Shown here: positions 25,869 to 40,400 of the stretch, piece after piece
How the letters are laid out: every line of letters starts with the position of its first letter
Numbering within the stretch: position 1 is the stretch's first letter
Source of the DNA: Dicyema japonicum
Lineage: Eukaryota; Animalia; Dicyemida
Reading direction: 5' to 3'
NCBI GenBank assembly: GCA_011109175.1
Contig: RDEW01000018.1
Location: 617,304-681,303, forward strand
DNA: 64,000 bases
The notes under the pieces: model-generated
What the model was told of the DNA's origin: nothing
The model's database searches: none
The model's input: only the letters and a program-made list of their open reading frames with translations
Translations under genes and position numbers: made by a program

Positions 25869-27885
25869 ATGTTATTTTCTCTTTTTAGTTTATTAACTGT
25901 ATTTTGATGGTTAACAATTTAATTTTTAGATTTTACTTTTTTAACATAACAATCCAAAATGGTTATAGTTCATAGTGAATTTTAGAAAAAATCTTAACGT
26001 GCTACTACACGAATTGGGCAGTTTACAGACGAGGGAATGCCAAATACGATGCCAAGTACATGTATCCATACCTCTGTACACATATAATCTATGCTTTTGC
26101 AAATATTGACGCTCAGACTTTAACTCCAGTCCCAACTGATCCCTGGTCTGATTTGCCAGGTAATGAAAAATGACTTAAATAGACGGACTTGACAATTTTA
26201 GAAAAGTCACTTCACTAAAGAACATCAATCCAAATTTAAAAGTCCTTTTGTCAGTCGGGGGATGGGAAAGACTTTTTAGTGAATTCCAATTAATCTCAAG
26301 CAATGAGGAGAACAGCAGATTATTCGCCAAAAATACAAAAAATTATATCAAAAAATATAATTTTGATGGATTTGACGTTGACTGGGAATATCCAAATGAT
26401 AAGGAAAATACACTCGAATGATGAAAGTCATAAATGGAAATAATCTTAGGCTTTGAGTGAAGAATTCAAACGGGATAGTTCAGAAACTTATTTGCTGACT
26501 GCTGCAGTATCTGCTGGAATAGGGAGAGCTTCAGTTTCCTATGACATTCCGAGTGTTTCCAAGTAACTGTGTTTACTGAACCGAAATAGATACCTCGATT
26601 ACATTAACATCATGACATATGATTTTTTTGGTCAATTTTCACGCGTGGTTGGTCATCACAGTGGATTATATTGTCAGAATGAAAATGATCGAGACTGCAC
26701 AGTATCTATATTTCTTAGTTTAGGATTTTGCTGTGAGATATTGGCACAGTCAGGGAACTCCACTGTCGAAGATCCTTATTGGGATCCCTACATATGCTCA
26801 GGGATTTAAAACTAGAACAAAAAATCCACGTGTTGGAGATGTAAAAGTTGGGGGAACTCCAATGGGGCATATTCTGTACAACAATGGGATTTTATCTTAT
26901 CTCGAAGTTTTATAATTTAATTAAATTTAGTATTGTAACGAAGGATACAAAGATGTTTGGGATGACATCCAACAAGTGGCACATGGAGAGAAGGACTATT
27001 ATTGGCTCGGATACGAGACCATCAGAAGCATTCATGAGAAGGTTGATCAAATTTTAAATCTCAGGCAAATTATGTCAAAGACAACGGATTGGCTGGAATG
27101 TTTGTGTGGACCTTAGATTTTGACGACTTTAGCGGAAAAGAATGTCACAACGGAAAAAGTCCTCTAATTGGAGCAATCCACAAGGAACTCGATATTTATC
27201 CTGGAATTGTAATTTTTTGTCTAAATCAAGAATTGGGAGACAAATTTGAAGACTGGGTCAACTTATGATGTAACCACATCGATTAAATTAAGTGTATCTC
27301 CCAACACTGTGGATGATAAAAGTAAATCCAGTATATAATTTAGATAAAATCTGCAAAAGTATCGGATTTGTTGCGCTTTATGGATGCACGAAATACATGA
27401 ATTGTGCACAAATTGGAAGTAAAGGATTTGTCCAGGCCTGTGGAAGTGGCTTACTCTTTGACGTCAAAACAAGCACGTGCAATTGGAACTTTTTGGTGAA
27501 GTGTGATAGCTCAGAATCTGGAACAAACTCGAATACTGAAAAAGGTTAAAAATTGTGTCATTTTGAGAAACCACTACAACAACTACGACTACGGAAAAGA
27601 CAACGATTAGAAGGTCAACTAAAAACGAGCCTACCACAGTGAAGACAACTACAACCACTGAGTCTAAGAGTGATGGTGATGTCTTTGATTCTGGTTAAAT
27701 TATGATTTAATGAAGCTGGGAATTGTAATAAAATTGGATATTTTGCTGTTGACGGGTGCAAGAAATTTGTTATCTGTGGATACATTGGTCAGATAGCTTA
27801 TCCTGTTAATTGTCCAGGAAACTTGATTTTTGATGAAACTCATAAATACTGCAATTATCCAAACATGGTTGAATGCAAAGTCTAA
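25869..27885 (+). CDS. GH18 chitinase with Thr-rich linker and two CBM14 chitin-binding domains; many tiny introns; apparent 1-nt frameshifts
   Basis: CYYTNWAVYR, LCTHIIYAFA, KVLLSVGGW, catalytic FDGFDVDWEYP, INIMTYDF, GMFVWTLDFDDF; two Cys-patterned C-terminal domains. Confidence 0.92.
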
Positions 27886-28384
27886 GTTAACTTACTTCTT
27901 CGTTCGGTATACTAATAATAACTCTTTTCGGATATCACTAACAATTTAAAAAATTCAAAAATTTATTAAACTTCCAAAGAGTTATAAACTTGTAAGCATC
28001 TTTCGCGATTTAAAGCGCCGTTTTACGATTTGTATGGAAATACACTCAATCATCCATTTCTCTTATTGGCTGTTGCAACAATACTTTTTGGATTCAAATC
28101 TCTTTCCTTCCTACATAAGATCTTTTGACATCAAAAAAGATGACTATGTGAATCTAACATTGGTTCTTAGTTCAACTGTTTAATTTGTGTTTTACTATGT
28201 TACAGACAAGTAGATCAAATGGCTAATTGATCAAAAGTTTATTGTGACGCATCACTACTACAAAAATTTCTACATAGCTTCATGAAGATGATAGTTAATA
28301 TGTATTTTGCTAATAATAATTCGGTTTAAGAATATTTACATCGTTTTCAGTTCTAATATATTCTTTAGATCTTCATGGTAACGC

Positions 28385-28700
28385 AGTATAGCATGTTTGG
28401 GGAAAAAGGCCTGATGGCTTCTAGTACGAATCTCGCTGCTGTACATTCCAGCTGTAGGTTCCATGCATCTACGATGTTTTGGCTTGACGAGCGCCGCCGT
28501 CATCAGTGAGCATCTTTCTACAGAACCGGGTCGTCTATAAAAGGAGTCACACTAAACAAAAAGAAAAAAAACAAAGAGCATCCTTGATTCTTCCTCATCG
28601 TTTAGTTATGATAACTGTTCTTTGATTAAAATAAAGTGTGTGTCTCTCTTAGAAGAGTTATAGCTAATATGGCTCTTCGTAAAATACATCATTATTATTA
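28385..28700 (+). mobile_element. SINE family C, near full length
   Basis: Degenerate A/B boxes (tagcatgtttgg..gtacgaatctc), body tgacgag..gccgtcatcagtga, aataaagtgtgtgt, (ATT)n tail. Confidence 0.75.
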
Positions 28701-29229
28701 GATCCGCATAAAAACAAATAGACTCTACAATTACCAATAATAATGTTAAATTGATCACAATGTGAATTAGCTTGCATACTCATTTTATTCAATATCTTCT
28801 TAAAACATCTAAAGCGCAGAATAAGCATTGCCTATTCCATAAATATGAATGAGGAATAATCTAACTTATTCGATGGAATTATCACATCCTCAAACTATGA
28901 AGTTACAAGCAGGTCTCGTCATTTGATGAGCTATTTATTTGTTAATATATTAGTGTTATTGATCATATAAATAAACTTCGGATATTTATTATCTCGATGA
29001 GAATATCAGAAACTTGATTCAAACTACTTGGAATAAAATGGGAAAAGGGAAGAGTTCCCTTATCATAGAGGATTACGTTTATGACCATGTATCAATATTG
29101 CTTGCACCGTAAAAGAATTGCAAGATAATTTTTTCTCATCTAATTGACTTTTTTTATGTTTGATTTAATCTTAATGTTAATTAATTTAGACGCTTGAATG
29201 GATAGAAATGTGTCAAAAAATTCGTTCTA

Positions 29230-29570
29230 AAATACATCAGATTCCATCCGTGAGAAGGCGAGTACTTCTAGTATGACGCAGTCGTTGAAAGGGATCTTCC
29301 TACCTTCTATCTGACCAATTCTACTGTTGAAGATTACCATTTTGAAAACTCTTCCACCTATGAATGCGACAGTAAGGCGAGAAATGAAAATGAAGAACGC
29401 GGACCTACTTCTCCACATCTCCTCTGAAGTTGAAGTCTGTAATGGATTATTGAAGGATCGAATTGGTCTGCTAAACAGATGTTCTCCTTTGAGTTCTTTC
29501 CTTGGATTTATTAGTTGTGACTGTTCTGGGCTTACAACACAGCCTGGGATCAATATATAAAATAAAAAAG
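29230..29570 (+). mobile_element. SINE family A
   Basis: Collinear with the reverse complement of 21300-21600. Confidence 0.75.
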
Positions 29571-29784
29571 TACTAAATAGATAAGGTCCGATGTTTTAAA
29601 ATTTGCATTCCAATTAACAAAAAATGTAAATGGCATCTATTTAAAAATCACTCAAAAATCGAAGGAGACCAAAAATCTGAGTTTTATTTAGGTGGGGATT
29701 TAATACGTTGACTCACACGAATGTGATTCAATTGAATTTTAAAGAAATCAAACTTTATTTTAAATGAAACATAATTCCCAAATA

Positions 29785-31763
29785 TTATTTATTTTTAATT
29801 TTGAAAAGTTTGATTTTAATTCCAAATATTTCCGATATTAAATTTGATATTGTCGAAAGTACAATTACCCTAAGAACATCAAAAATGATTAAGTTTTCAA
29901 AATAATCAAAAATTCGAAAATTTGCTTCGGCTTGCTAAAATAAATAGAATTAACTTAACCTTAATGACCTTAACAGTCAAGTCCAAAGCTTTACACGTTT
30001 TCAGATACAATTCTCTCTTCCAAGGTTTATAAAGTGTTTTTTGAAATAGATTGAACTAAAATTAACGAAATTCACAACTTTTTCAATAAGCAAAACATCG
30101 CAGTTTTTTACTGATTTACTAAGTTTTACTTTCACTCTCAATAATTGCGTAAAATAAAATCCAATAATTACAAACCACAGTATTATCTGCAAATCAGTGG
30201 AGTTCTTTACGACATACTCATTGACTACTAAAAACTGGATAAGTAATCTACCAAAAAATACCCGATAACTGATCCATACAGCATATGACAATACTGTGTA
30301 TAATGCTAAAGAAAAAATCAAATCAGCAGCTATTACTTGTTGGTAATCCTACTTTATATAAATGATAAACTTTAATGAATAAACGAATAGACAACCACTG
30401 GCGAATGTTTCTCACTGACTTTATTCTGAAGTGTGGAATTTTCGCTTTATTCGCCGCTTTGAAGGCTGAAATTGTTTTAAAATTTTTCCAATAAGAAATG
30501 TGCTGAATCACTAATCAACTAACCTTGGAATATATTTTTTCCGAAATATTCAGTAAAACAACAACATACAACGTAAAATGTATTTTCTCGATAATCACGA
30601 TTAAATTAAACAGTTGGTCTCTAAAATATTTATTAACAAAAACATCTTGGTCGGTCCCAACGTGAGAATTAACAATTCTTGTGAATTCAAAATGTGGTAA
30701 TTTTTAAACTTATAATATTCAAACAGTTGGTCACTCAATCCAACTGCGAGTGATGACAATAAAATTAGTAATATTTGGTATTTGTGACAGAAAGATTTGT
30801 TCGTCACTTCACGAATTATTAGACTGATCTCTTTGGTGGAATAATTGGTTTTGCAGAGAGTTTTATCCTTCATTATTCTACACCGAACTTTAAATTATCG
30901 ACCAGTCAACCTTCATCTTCAATTATCTATTTTATTTGAAAATAAAAGAATACCTGATCCGAGTCCGCGTTTGAGTTCAACCCGGTTGCCAACGAACTTG
31001 GACATCCTTGAAGGTCGTCATCCTTAATTTACAGCAAAATTTTACCAATATTTTTAGTTCACCCTTGTTAGATCTTTGCCTAACATCCTCAAAACTGTCA
31101 CATGCACTACACGGTAAAACCATAAGCAACTCGCTTCGACAAATTTCAGTAGCATTTTCAGATTTTTCAATTTCGCTTAAAATTAGAGACAAATAAACGG
31201 GATAGTTTCAATTTTAATAGAATAGCAGTTCGTAAAACTAACTGTGAAAATAAAAAGTAGAATGTAAACTGTCAGTTGGTTGAAATTAAGTAACTAGCAT
31301 TAAAGAGCAAATACTTCTTCATTTTCCACAGAATATATACAAATAAAATCATGCAGACATTAAACATATAAAAAAGCAGATAGTGGATGTAAGCGGCCAT
31401 CTTAACTTTCTTAATCCACCTAAAATTACATTGAATATTAACCATTTGCAGTAAAACGGGAGAAATATGGTTTTCGTCAATAATTCAATAAATAAACTTA
31501 AACTTATGGAGTCATGTTTTGGGAGTTTTTCACCTGTTGAGTGACACAAGTACCTATTATAAAGTCAATGTCTATCGATTCATAGTCGTCGTTTATTTTC
31601 CGTTCAGCCTCAAACTCTGGTTGATGATTCACCTAATATGGTCAAATTTCAAAAACAACATGAATAATCTCCTCATTGGAATACTTCGTCAAAGCATTAC
31701 AATCTTCATTCTATAATTCTTAAAGATCGTTACTGCGTGAGATTGTTGGTTCGGCTCAGACAT
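29785..31763 (-). CDS. PHTF: PHTF-family membrane protein; many 20-27 nt introns
   Basis: IDIDFIIG..IFLPFYCKWW, KAKIPHFRIKSVRNIRQWLSIR, C-terminus LRVIVLSTISNLISEIFGIKIKLFKIK match PHTF1/2 motifs. Confidence 0.88.
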
Positions 31764-31949
31764 TTTCTTATGATTTAAATTTTGCTAATTTATATGTGTG
31801 TTAAATCGAAATTAATTACTAAAACAATCGTTTATAATGAAAATAAAATTTACAGCATTGTTAAATTAATTCTAAAAAATATCGTTAATTGGATAAACAA
31901 TCAAAGTTTAATTATTTTCAATTTAATTCTTTAATGCATATTATTTACC

Positions 31950-32210
31950 ACTGGTGATGAATAACATTATGAAATCTCTTACGCCTATGAATGAAGTGAG
32001 TCCACGACCGTAGGACGTGTACTGAAAATGGAAGAGGGGGGACCTACTTCGAAACCTTTCTTTGGACCTGTAATGGACTACTGGAAGATGGATTTGACTG
32101 GACAAACATATGTTCCCTTTGAGTTCCTTCCTTGGATTAATAAGTTGTGACGGTTTATGCTGGGCTTACCAAAGATTGTAAGTCTGGAGTTAACAAAATA
32201 AATATTTGTG
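31950..32210 (+). mobile_element. SINE family A, 5'-truncated
   Basis: cgcctatgaatgaagtga..tgtaatggac..tgggcttaccaaagattgtaag. Confidence 0.75.
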
Positions 32211-32459
32211 CATAGCAAATCATGAGAGCGTAATTCAAGGAGTCGGCGATTTTCTGATTCTGCATTTGTGGTGGTGAATCGCCTTGTTATTGTCACGGCA
32301 TAAGTGGTTACTGAGCATAATTCGTTTTAAAAATAAAAGGGGGTAATGAATGGAAATTTATGTGATTAATGTTAGTTGACTTGTAAAGGCAATATGGCTT
32401 GTACCATTTGTAGATTTTATTACGATTTTAAACTACCGAAGCTGAGAGAGTAACTGGTT

Positions 32460-33350
32460 ATGCATAGTAACCACTTATCAAATTTACCTTCAAATGACTG
32501 AATAACATCATTTTATTAATCAGCTTGTTTTTGTGTAATTTAGTTTGTTTTTGTTATTACTGCCAAAAACATGCGACCTATAAGAGTTCTGAGTGCCTGT
32601 AACTCACATTAACAATTTGTTTGCCCACAATATATATAATTATGAATTCCATATTTTTAAATAGAATTTCACAATATGTACAAGTTCCATCATCTTGCAA
32701 TCTCTATCAAAGCGTGGAGGAGTCTAACAAACAGAATAATCCGAGGGGTTTGTATTTTGAAATATCTGGTAGAATTGGAGGGGGAATTTTCGACTCCCAA
32801 TGGAGATGATCTACTGCGTATGTAAAGCACAACCAGTAATAGTTTTAATTGGAAATTTTGATTTCGTTGATGTTTAATGACATTTGAGTTCAAAAAGGAA
32901 GGAGATCAAGACGGATAAACACAGTTCAAAGATCTTCACACAATTGCTCCCTTGGATTGTCTAAAAAAGTTCTTGAAATTTCACGGAGCGATGGACGGAA
33001 AAATCCCTCATGATCTTTATTTTTTCAGGGTGATAATGGTGGTCGACTGCTTCCATAAATTAAAAACCTTAGTAAATATTCGATTCCGCATGGACCAAAG
33101 TCCCACAGATGTAGCGTGCAGAGCCCAAACCAGTTGATGATTTGTGGTTCTCAATAAGATCAAAGACTGTTGTGATTGATATCATAAAGGGTGGAAAGAC
33201 AGTGGTATTATGATTCTCCATTTGTGGAGAAGTGAGTGACTTTGTTTATCATTATACGACTGTGAAAAATTAGGTAATCAGCATGTTCTTTGAGTGACTT
33301 ATCGTTTTGATGTCGGAAACATAGTTAACTTGGGCACTGATAATGGTTCT
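32460..33350 (-). mobile_element. Highly degenerate LINE (APE/RT pieces)
   Basis: Scattered endonuclease and RT-like motifs in broken frames. Confidence 0.5.
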
Positions 33351-33599
33351 AAAAGTTCATAAGAATTCGTGAAGTTTTAGTGTCATGGTTTAGTTTGGGT
33401 ATGAATTTCTTCCGTTTTACCTAGTTTTAAATAAAAATGGAAGATGCTATTTCTTATTGTGTTAGTTTAGTTCTGTCAAAGGGAGGTCGTCCAATGTGTA
33501 TTTTTCTTTATTAATGACTGAAGAAAGGGTTTGTACCGCGAATGTATCCTTTTAATATAATTACTAAGGCAACATTATTATTGACTTAAAAAATAAAAA

Positions 33600-34470
33600 T
33601 TGCCCTTGAAAAGTCAATTTAGTTGATCTTAAAATTTTAAAATTCATTATTTTTGTGATATCATTAGAATTCATTCTTTTATTAATATAATTTTTTATTC
33701 CACATAGTCTTCTTTAAAATCCAATTTTTTCAAATAATTGTTGTGCATTATTTATAGTAAAATTAGTCGATTCTAAATCATCAAGCAAATGTAATAATGG
33801 TGAATACTGTGATATTATCGTCGTTAGATCTTCATGAAGTTGTCCATTAAATAAACATTCTTTCGCTTTTTTAATAAACAAAGAACCTCCTTCTAAGGAA
33901 GAGCATATTTGAATAACATTTGAGTGCTCGAAAAATGATGACATTGAGGGCTGCGTGACGCAGGGCTCGACTAGCACTTTGTCGGCAAGAGTAATTATTT
34001 TGGATATATTTTGTTGAGCTAAAATTTCAATTATATGCGGTAAGTAAACTCTGAAGGAAGTGGATGCCCAATACTTTCGAATAAGTTGATAATTGCTCGA
34101 TTCCTCAATTTATAGAGTGGAATGTTTGCGGATATAAATGCTTCCGTTACGTCTGTTGCAAATTTATGAAGAAATCATTTGGAACAATATTCAATTGTTT
34201 TTTATTTGTGGATATATTTATTCGTGAAGAGTGCTTCTGTGTCTCCCTATGTTTGTTCACAAAAAATTGTTTTTTGCAAGTTACGGGTAACTCACATAAT
34301 TTACAAAAAAAGCATTCCATTCGGTGTAATTGAAATTTTTTTGGGATATTTGTCACAAATATTTTTAGCTTCACTCCACAAGAACCAATCAAAGTAAAAA
34401 TTAGTTCTCTGGATAATTCATATTTTTCTGAGTTGAATAGTGTAATTTTTAGTTAAAATCGTTAATATTT
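33600..34470 (-). mobile_element. hAT-like transposase remnant with CGGBP/BED-type zinc finger
   Basis: FCKLCELPVTCKKQFFVNKHRETQKH; downstream frames broken. Confidence 0.65.
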
Positions 34471-37333
34471 TTTTATTTATTTAACACCCAAGACCACGGT
34501 AAAACCAAAACTAACTATCACGTGATCTCAATGCGCTCCGACAAAATCCTCATTCTTTCCCGGTGCTCCTCCCTCGTACTCACACAAGCTCTTACATGGC
34601 GGCTGACTGTATTTGCAAGGCCACCTTCCCGCATGCCAGAGTTTTGTTTAATGAGGGCCTCCAGAGTAGTCGATCCGGTTCTGTGTGTCCCACAAGATTA
34701 CCGCTCCATCATTCTGAAATCCTTCTTTTAAACGTCCTCGATTTTCGTAGTGTTCGTCCATGATAATGAAGGTCCCCACAACGCACACGCGTACGAGAAG
34801 CATGGTTCGATGCATTGTTTATAAATGTTCATATAGACCGGGTGGGAACCTGTCTTCCATATTCCAGATAAACATTTTAATACATTGATCCTCTTCTCGC
34901 ACTTCAAAACAATGTTTCCACGTGTGGTGACAAACATAAGTGCGTATCCAATGTCACCCCCAGGATCTTCTGACATTTACTGAGGGGGATTTCAACGTTG
35001 TCCAATTTTTACTTGACAGTCATCTTCCCCAACCATTTGTCCAAAGTAAACATAGACGTGACCGACTTTCTGGAATTTATCGTGAATCGGTTCTTCATTA
35101 CCCAGGCGTTGAGTCGGTCCAGGTTAATTTGTAATCTTTCTGTAGCATTTTGGATATCCCGATCACGCGAGGCCAAAACAATGTCGTCCGCATATGAGAG
35201 TAGAACATCGTTATTGGATTCCGGTGTCGGGAGGTCGGCCAGGTATAAATTGAATAAGGCGGGGATAAAAGAGATCCTTGGGGACACCGTTTGGGAGAAG
35301 ACGTGAGACTGATTTCAGTCCTTCCGAGGCATACACGTCCCTTTGTCCACTTAAGAAATTTGTTATCCAAAGTTTAAACTTCCCCGGGATCTCGGACTGG
35401 AAAATTTTCTTTGATAATATTTTACTCGAAATAGAATCAAAGGCCTTGTTAATATCAATAGAATATAAGACTGTCTTCAAATGCCTTGGTTTGTTTGAAA
35501 ACCCATCTCTAATGAAGTTGGTTAATTTCTGTAGGTACGTTGATGCAGAACAATCGCTCTTGAATCCGTGTTGAAAATCCTTTTCTGGTAAGAAAGCCTT
35601 GATTCTCCCAAGCACAAGCCTTTCCTGAATTTTCGATATGGAACATAACAATGACAATGGTCTAAATGATGCCGGATCTTCCTTAGGTTTCCAGGTTTCA
35701 GTATAGGTCGGATATTGGCTTGCTTCCATAACAACGGTATTATTACAATTAATTGAATAGTTATACACCGACGTTAGAAAACCGACTCCAATATCTCCAA
35801 GGTTCTTCAATAACAACTGGAATGTTGTCGGGACCGGCAGAGTACGTTGTTCTTGTAAAATGCAGCGCATTCTTCACGTCTTCACCGAGAAGTAAACTGG
35901 TTAGAATCCTTCTTCAGTTTTCTCCATGAAGAGAGAAGCACTTCCGACTTCCTGTGTTCCTTGTACGAATTTTTTGTGTAGAATTTTATCAAATTGTTAT
36001 TGTCTCGTTGAATGTAGTCATCCTCGGGGAAGTTTCTTTCCCTTTGCAACATTTTGGATGGCTTTCCACACTTCTCCGGTTACGGTTGCGATTTAGCTTT
36101 TTAAGAATCCGATTCCACTTCAATTTCTGGGCCTTGAGCTCTCTGGTCCTTTATTTCGTTGTTTAGAGCTCTGATCCGGAGTTTCGTTTTTAATGTGATC
36201 CAATTAGATTTTTGAGGTGATTTCTTTCTTTGATCAATGCCGACTTCCCTCGACCATTGGAGGAGTTTAGACGATGCTTGAGAATAACCAATGATCTTGC
36301 TTCTAGGATTGTGCAAGTAAAGTATTTGATCGCTTTTTCTAGCGATTTGAAGCTGACCAAGTAACAATTCTTCAGTCTATCATCAGAAATTGCGCGATAC
36401 AATTCCCAATTAGCAGCTTTGTAGTTATAACTAGCAGGTGTTCTCCTCACTCTGATTCTCTCATGACCTTCATCACAATTAGATTATGGTCGCTTCTTGT
36501 TTCGTAGAGGACTGACCAATCAATTTTTGATGAAAGCGACGATGAGCAGAGTGTTACATCCGGGAGAGGTAAGCTGATCCGTCTCTCTGAGTGGGGTCCT
36601 TGTATTTTTCGCTGGATCGTTCAGAATCGTTAGGGAGTCCGATTTCAATAACAATAGCTTCCCTCTCGTGTCGGCCTGTTGGGTTGACAACCATAATGGG
36701 TGCTTTGCGTTTAAATCTCCACATATGATTATCTCATCGTAGATAGCCAAACTTGATAGGTTTGGAATAACATAGTCCTTTGGGCAGGAGCCGGGAGGAA
36801 ACAAGTAGATATTTACGAAGCACATACTTCCTTTCGTTGTCCAAGCGAGATTCCAATTTGCCTCAGTAACCTCGTCATTTCCAACAAGTTTCCTCACTTC
36901 CGAAGTAATGTATTTGCATTTCAGGTTCTTTTTGAATAGAGTAAGTAGTCCACCCCCTCTTCTCTTTTTATAGTCCATCCTGATTGCCTCGTATCCAGGG
37001 AATGAAGGAGTGGAATCATGCATGCGGAGTTTAGTTTCTTGAATCATGGCCACGTCGATCTTCTGATTTACCAGGATTGAACGGAGTTCCCTGACCTTGC
37101 CTTTAATTTTGTTGATGTTTAGTTGGAGAGCAGTAAATTTCATTTCACCACAGTGGACTGAGGGTTTTCGCCGGGAATGTTTGGACTTTCTTGAAGCACA
37201 TCGCCGGGGGGTCGATAATAACTCCGGGGAAAAGGGGTCTAATGGTCCTTTTCGGGAAGGTATTAGAAGCCCTCTGGGCATTGCCAAATCCTTTTGAATT
37301 TTTTGAATTGGTGGACCACATAACGCCACGCTA
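34470..37333 (-). mobile_element. Near full-length single-ORF Vingi-like LINE (APE + RT), frameshifted
   Basis: LQLNINKI, IQETKL, GGGLLT, ICGDLNAKHPLW, SFRPLSLLC, QHGFK, DINKAFDSI, PNGVP, LSYADDIV; A-rich tail. Confidence 0.95.
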
Positions 37334-37489
37334 CAATTTTTTTTAATATTTTAAAAACATAAAGTAGCAAAAAAACAGTCAATATGAATAGAGTGTCATT
37401 TTAATGATATTTTATTATTCTTAACTAACAAAATATTTTATTAATATTTAAAAATAATTTCTTGGTTGAGGTGGTGACGTCCCTCTTGA

Positions 37490-40400
37490 AAAGTATGTCT
37501 GAAAAACACGAAAATTGCAACCTAAATGACTTCTCTCTTTTAACATTCAATGTCAAAGGACTCTCTAGTGCATGGAAAAGAAAAAAAACTTTGTGAAGAC
37601 CTTTCAAAATACAAGATATCAATCGGATGTCTCCAAGAGACAAAAATATCGAAGGAGTTTGAAATCTTATACAAGAGAACATGAACTGAGCCAATATCAT
37701 GTTAGATTATTGATTCAAGATGGAGGCTCTTTGGACACATACTCCGCCACGATATGGGGACCCCAGCCAACATAGCAATGGAGGAGTATTTTGTCTTAAA
37801 AGCTTCTCGTTTCCGCGGCCGGCCGAGGACAACACTGCCGGTTATTCTAGATGAAGATCTCAGGATACGCTACGGAACATGGCAACGGATCGAAAAAGAT
37901 GGGGGACGTTAATTAGATTGAGTGCTTTTCATTATTATAAGGAAAAAGGAAAAAGAATAGTTAATTTTAATTCAGCTGTTGGGAGATGCACAAGCTATTC
38001 CCACGGACAACAGCCAACGAGAGCCTCTCCTTGAGCCATCTCGTCTCACGAAGATCACCAGTTTTGTCAGTTAGTAGTTTTCCCAAATGGTTCAGGAACT
38101 TCAGCGTTTTAGGGCCAAAGTTCCCCGAAGTTTCAATCGCGACAGGTGCGAAAATGTACCTGTCGCTGATATCCGAATATTTAGCATTTTTTACTTCCTC
38201 TGCTTGAGAAGAAGGTCTGCCCGGTGAATTATTTTTTTTGCTTGGGGCGAAAGAACAGACACAGGTCACATCCCATACAAGGTTTCGCCCTCGCTCAAAA
38301 GGAAAGGAGGTCAGGGCGTCTTCCGTTGTCAAATAGACCAGTCGGTTCGATCCGGCAACGGAATCCAGCCGATTCTAATGCCCTCTTAATGATGCCGTTC
38401 ATTGCCGAATGTCGAGAAGATCTGCCAATTTTGCTCCGGCATGAGAGGAGGTGGAGACCCAGTTCGTCCGATAGACAGCCACATTTGCACCTCGATTTGG
38501 TGCAAACAGGCAATCCGAGGTGTAGACATACAGCTGTACGAAGTGAGTCATCATCCAACAATCCACCAACTTCTTGACATGGGTAAACCCCAAGCCAAGA
38601 TCCATCAACCGCCTCCCTCGAATTTTGAAAACAATCCAGGCGATGTCCATAGAGCCGGCTGACTAGGTTGGATGCCAGAGCATTCCATCTATGGATCATC
38701 CAAGACGATTGTTGGTCTGGATTACGCGGCTCGCTAAGCCCTTCACTCCGCCACACGTCCATCTATTCAACCAAGTCATTGGACAGTTTCCGAGATGGAA
38801 GCTTTGAAAGAATTGAGTCCACTTGGTTTTTGCATGAAAGTTTTGAGGCAAAATACGCCGGGCCAGCAATTTGGCAGGGAGTAGTAAGCAAACGACGCAC
38901 GTCCTCCAAAACTGTATCTGGATGTCCACCAATGATTCCGTCATCCAAATACCATAAATTTAAAGGTGATTTTAAGCATGCGGATACTCCATGGATCCCC
39001 AAAGCAAAGAGAAGAGGTCCAAGTGGGTCGCCTTGTTGAACACCAGTTCGTGATTTAATGATGGCATCGTGGAAAACCAATGATGATGGATTAGAATATG
39101 AAAGGCGTACAATCTCCCAAATATGTGGTAAATTTTTTTGGCATAACTCCAATAAATGATCTCTCCTTATGGAATTAAATGCGTTCTTAAGATCTACTTT
39201 GCAGACAACAACGTCCTCTTTGCATTGGGACGACGACGTGAAAAAACTCCTCACTGCGTGGACACAAGCCTCTGCACCGCCACGAACTCCAACGCCCATC
39301 TGTATAGGACTGAAACTAGGAAGTAATCTTTGAACCCCAGAAAAGCAAGCGACTTTAGCTGCAAGTCTCCTAAACACGTTTCCAATAGCAATCGGTCTGA
39401 CACCGCCGTCAGGCTTTCGGAGAGCAACAAGATTAGCAGAAAATAACATATCTCGACCGAAAGGAGACAAACATCCAGAAAGAATTTTGTTGATCAGTTC
39501 GCAAATAACATTCGAAAGATCCTTTCCGACAGATCCCATCATTGGAGCTGTGAGATCACGTAGGTGACCGGGTCTCAAGCCATCGATACCACCTCCACTA
39601 CTAGGACGAAATGAACGCAGGGAGGTGATTATATCTTCGTTAGAGGCGAGCAATTGTTCCTCGTGGAAAGGTTTTATAGTTCTCAAGTCTTCGGGGGATC
39701 CGGGGTGTTTTTCTCGTAAAGACAGGAGCGTTTCAGGGTGTTTTTAAGTGTCCCAGGATCACAAACTAATAGCCGTACAGCACCACGAATATCGCCTTCC
39801 ATAAGTTTCATCCTGATTAGTTTCTTTATTAAGCGAAGTTCCTCCGTTTTCGGACGCTTTGAACTCCGGGGTGCAATTTGAGTTGATTTTAAAGCAGTAA
39901 GTGACATTTTATGTTCATTTAGAAACAGTCTAACTCTCTTTTTGATATTCGTTGCGAGAGAAGTGGATGCTTCCGTTGGTCTTCTGATCCCAAGAGTGAG
40001 TGACGGGAAAAGGAAAAATTTGACCCATTCCGAAGAAACGGCGTCAGGCTTCAAAACATCCTTGATGGTGGAGATCAGAGCCTCGGCAACAGCAGTTCTC
40101 GCACCTTTGGGAATCTTCACAGGAATGGTCACGTCCGAGCGCGTTCGAGAGATCAGTTTCAGAGCTTCATCAGGATCTGCTACGAGAGTAGGGTCAAACG
40201 GTTCAATGCAAGCAGTTTGATTGGAGTAAGAAAAAGCAGTACCAGATGAAAGGCATGGTTGGCAGTTCCATTTTGTCATATTGATAAGAGCCTTCTTGGA
40301 CACTCCTACGCAAGACCTGTGATACCATCTTGAACATGCTGCACAAGCGATCATCCTTTTTCTCATATTAGTTACGTTGCACTTTTCACATGGGTAGGTG

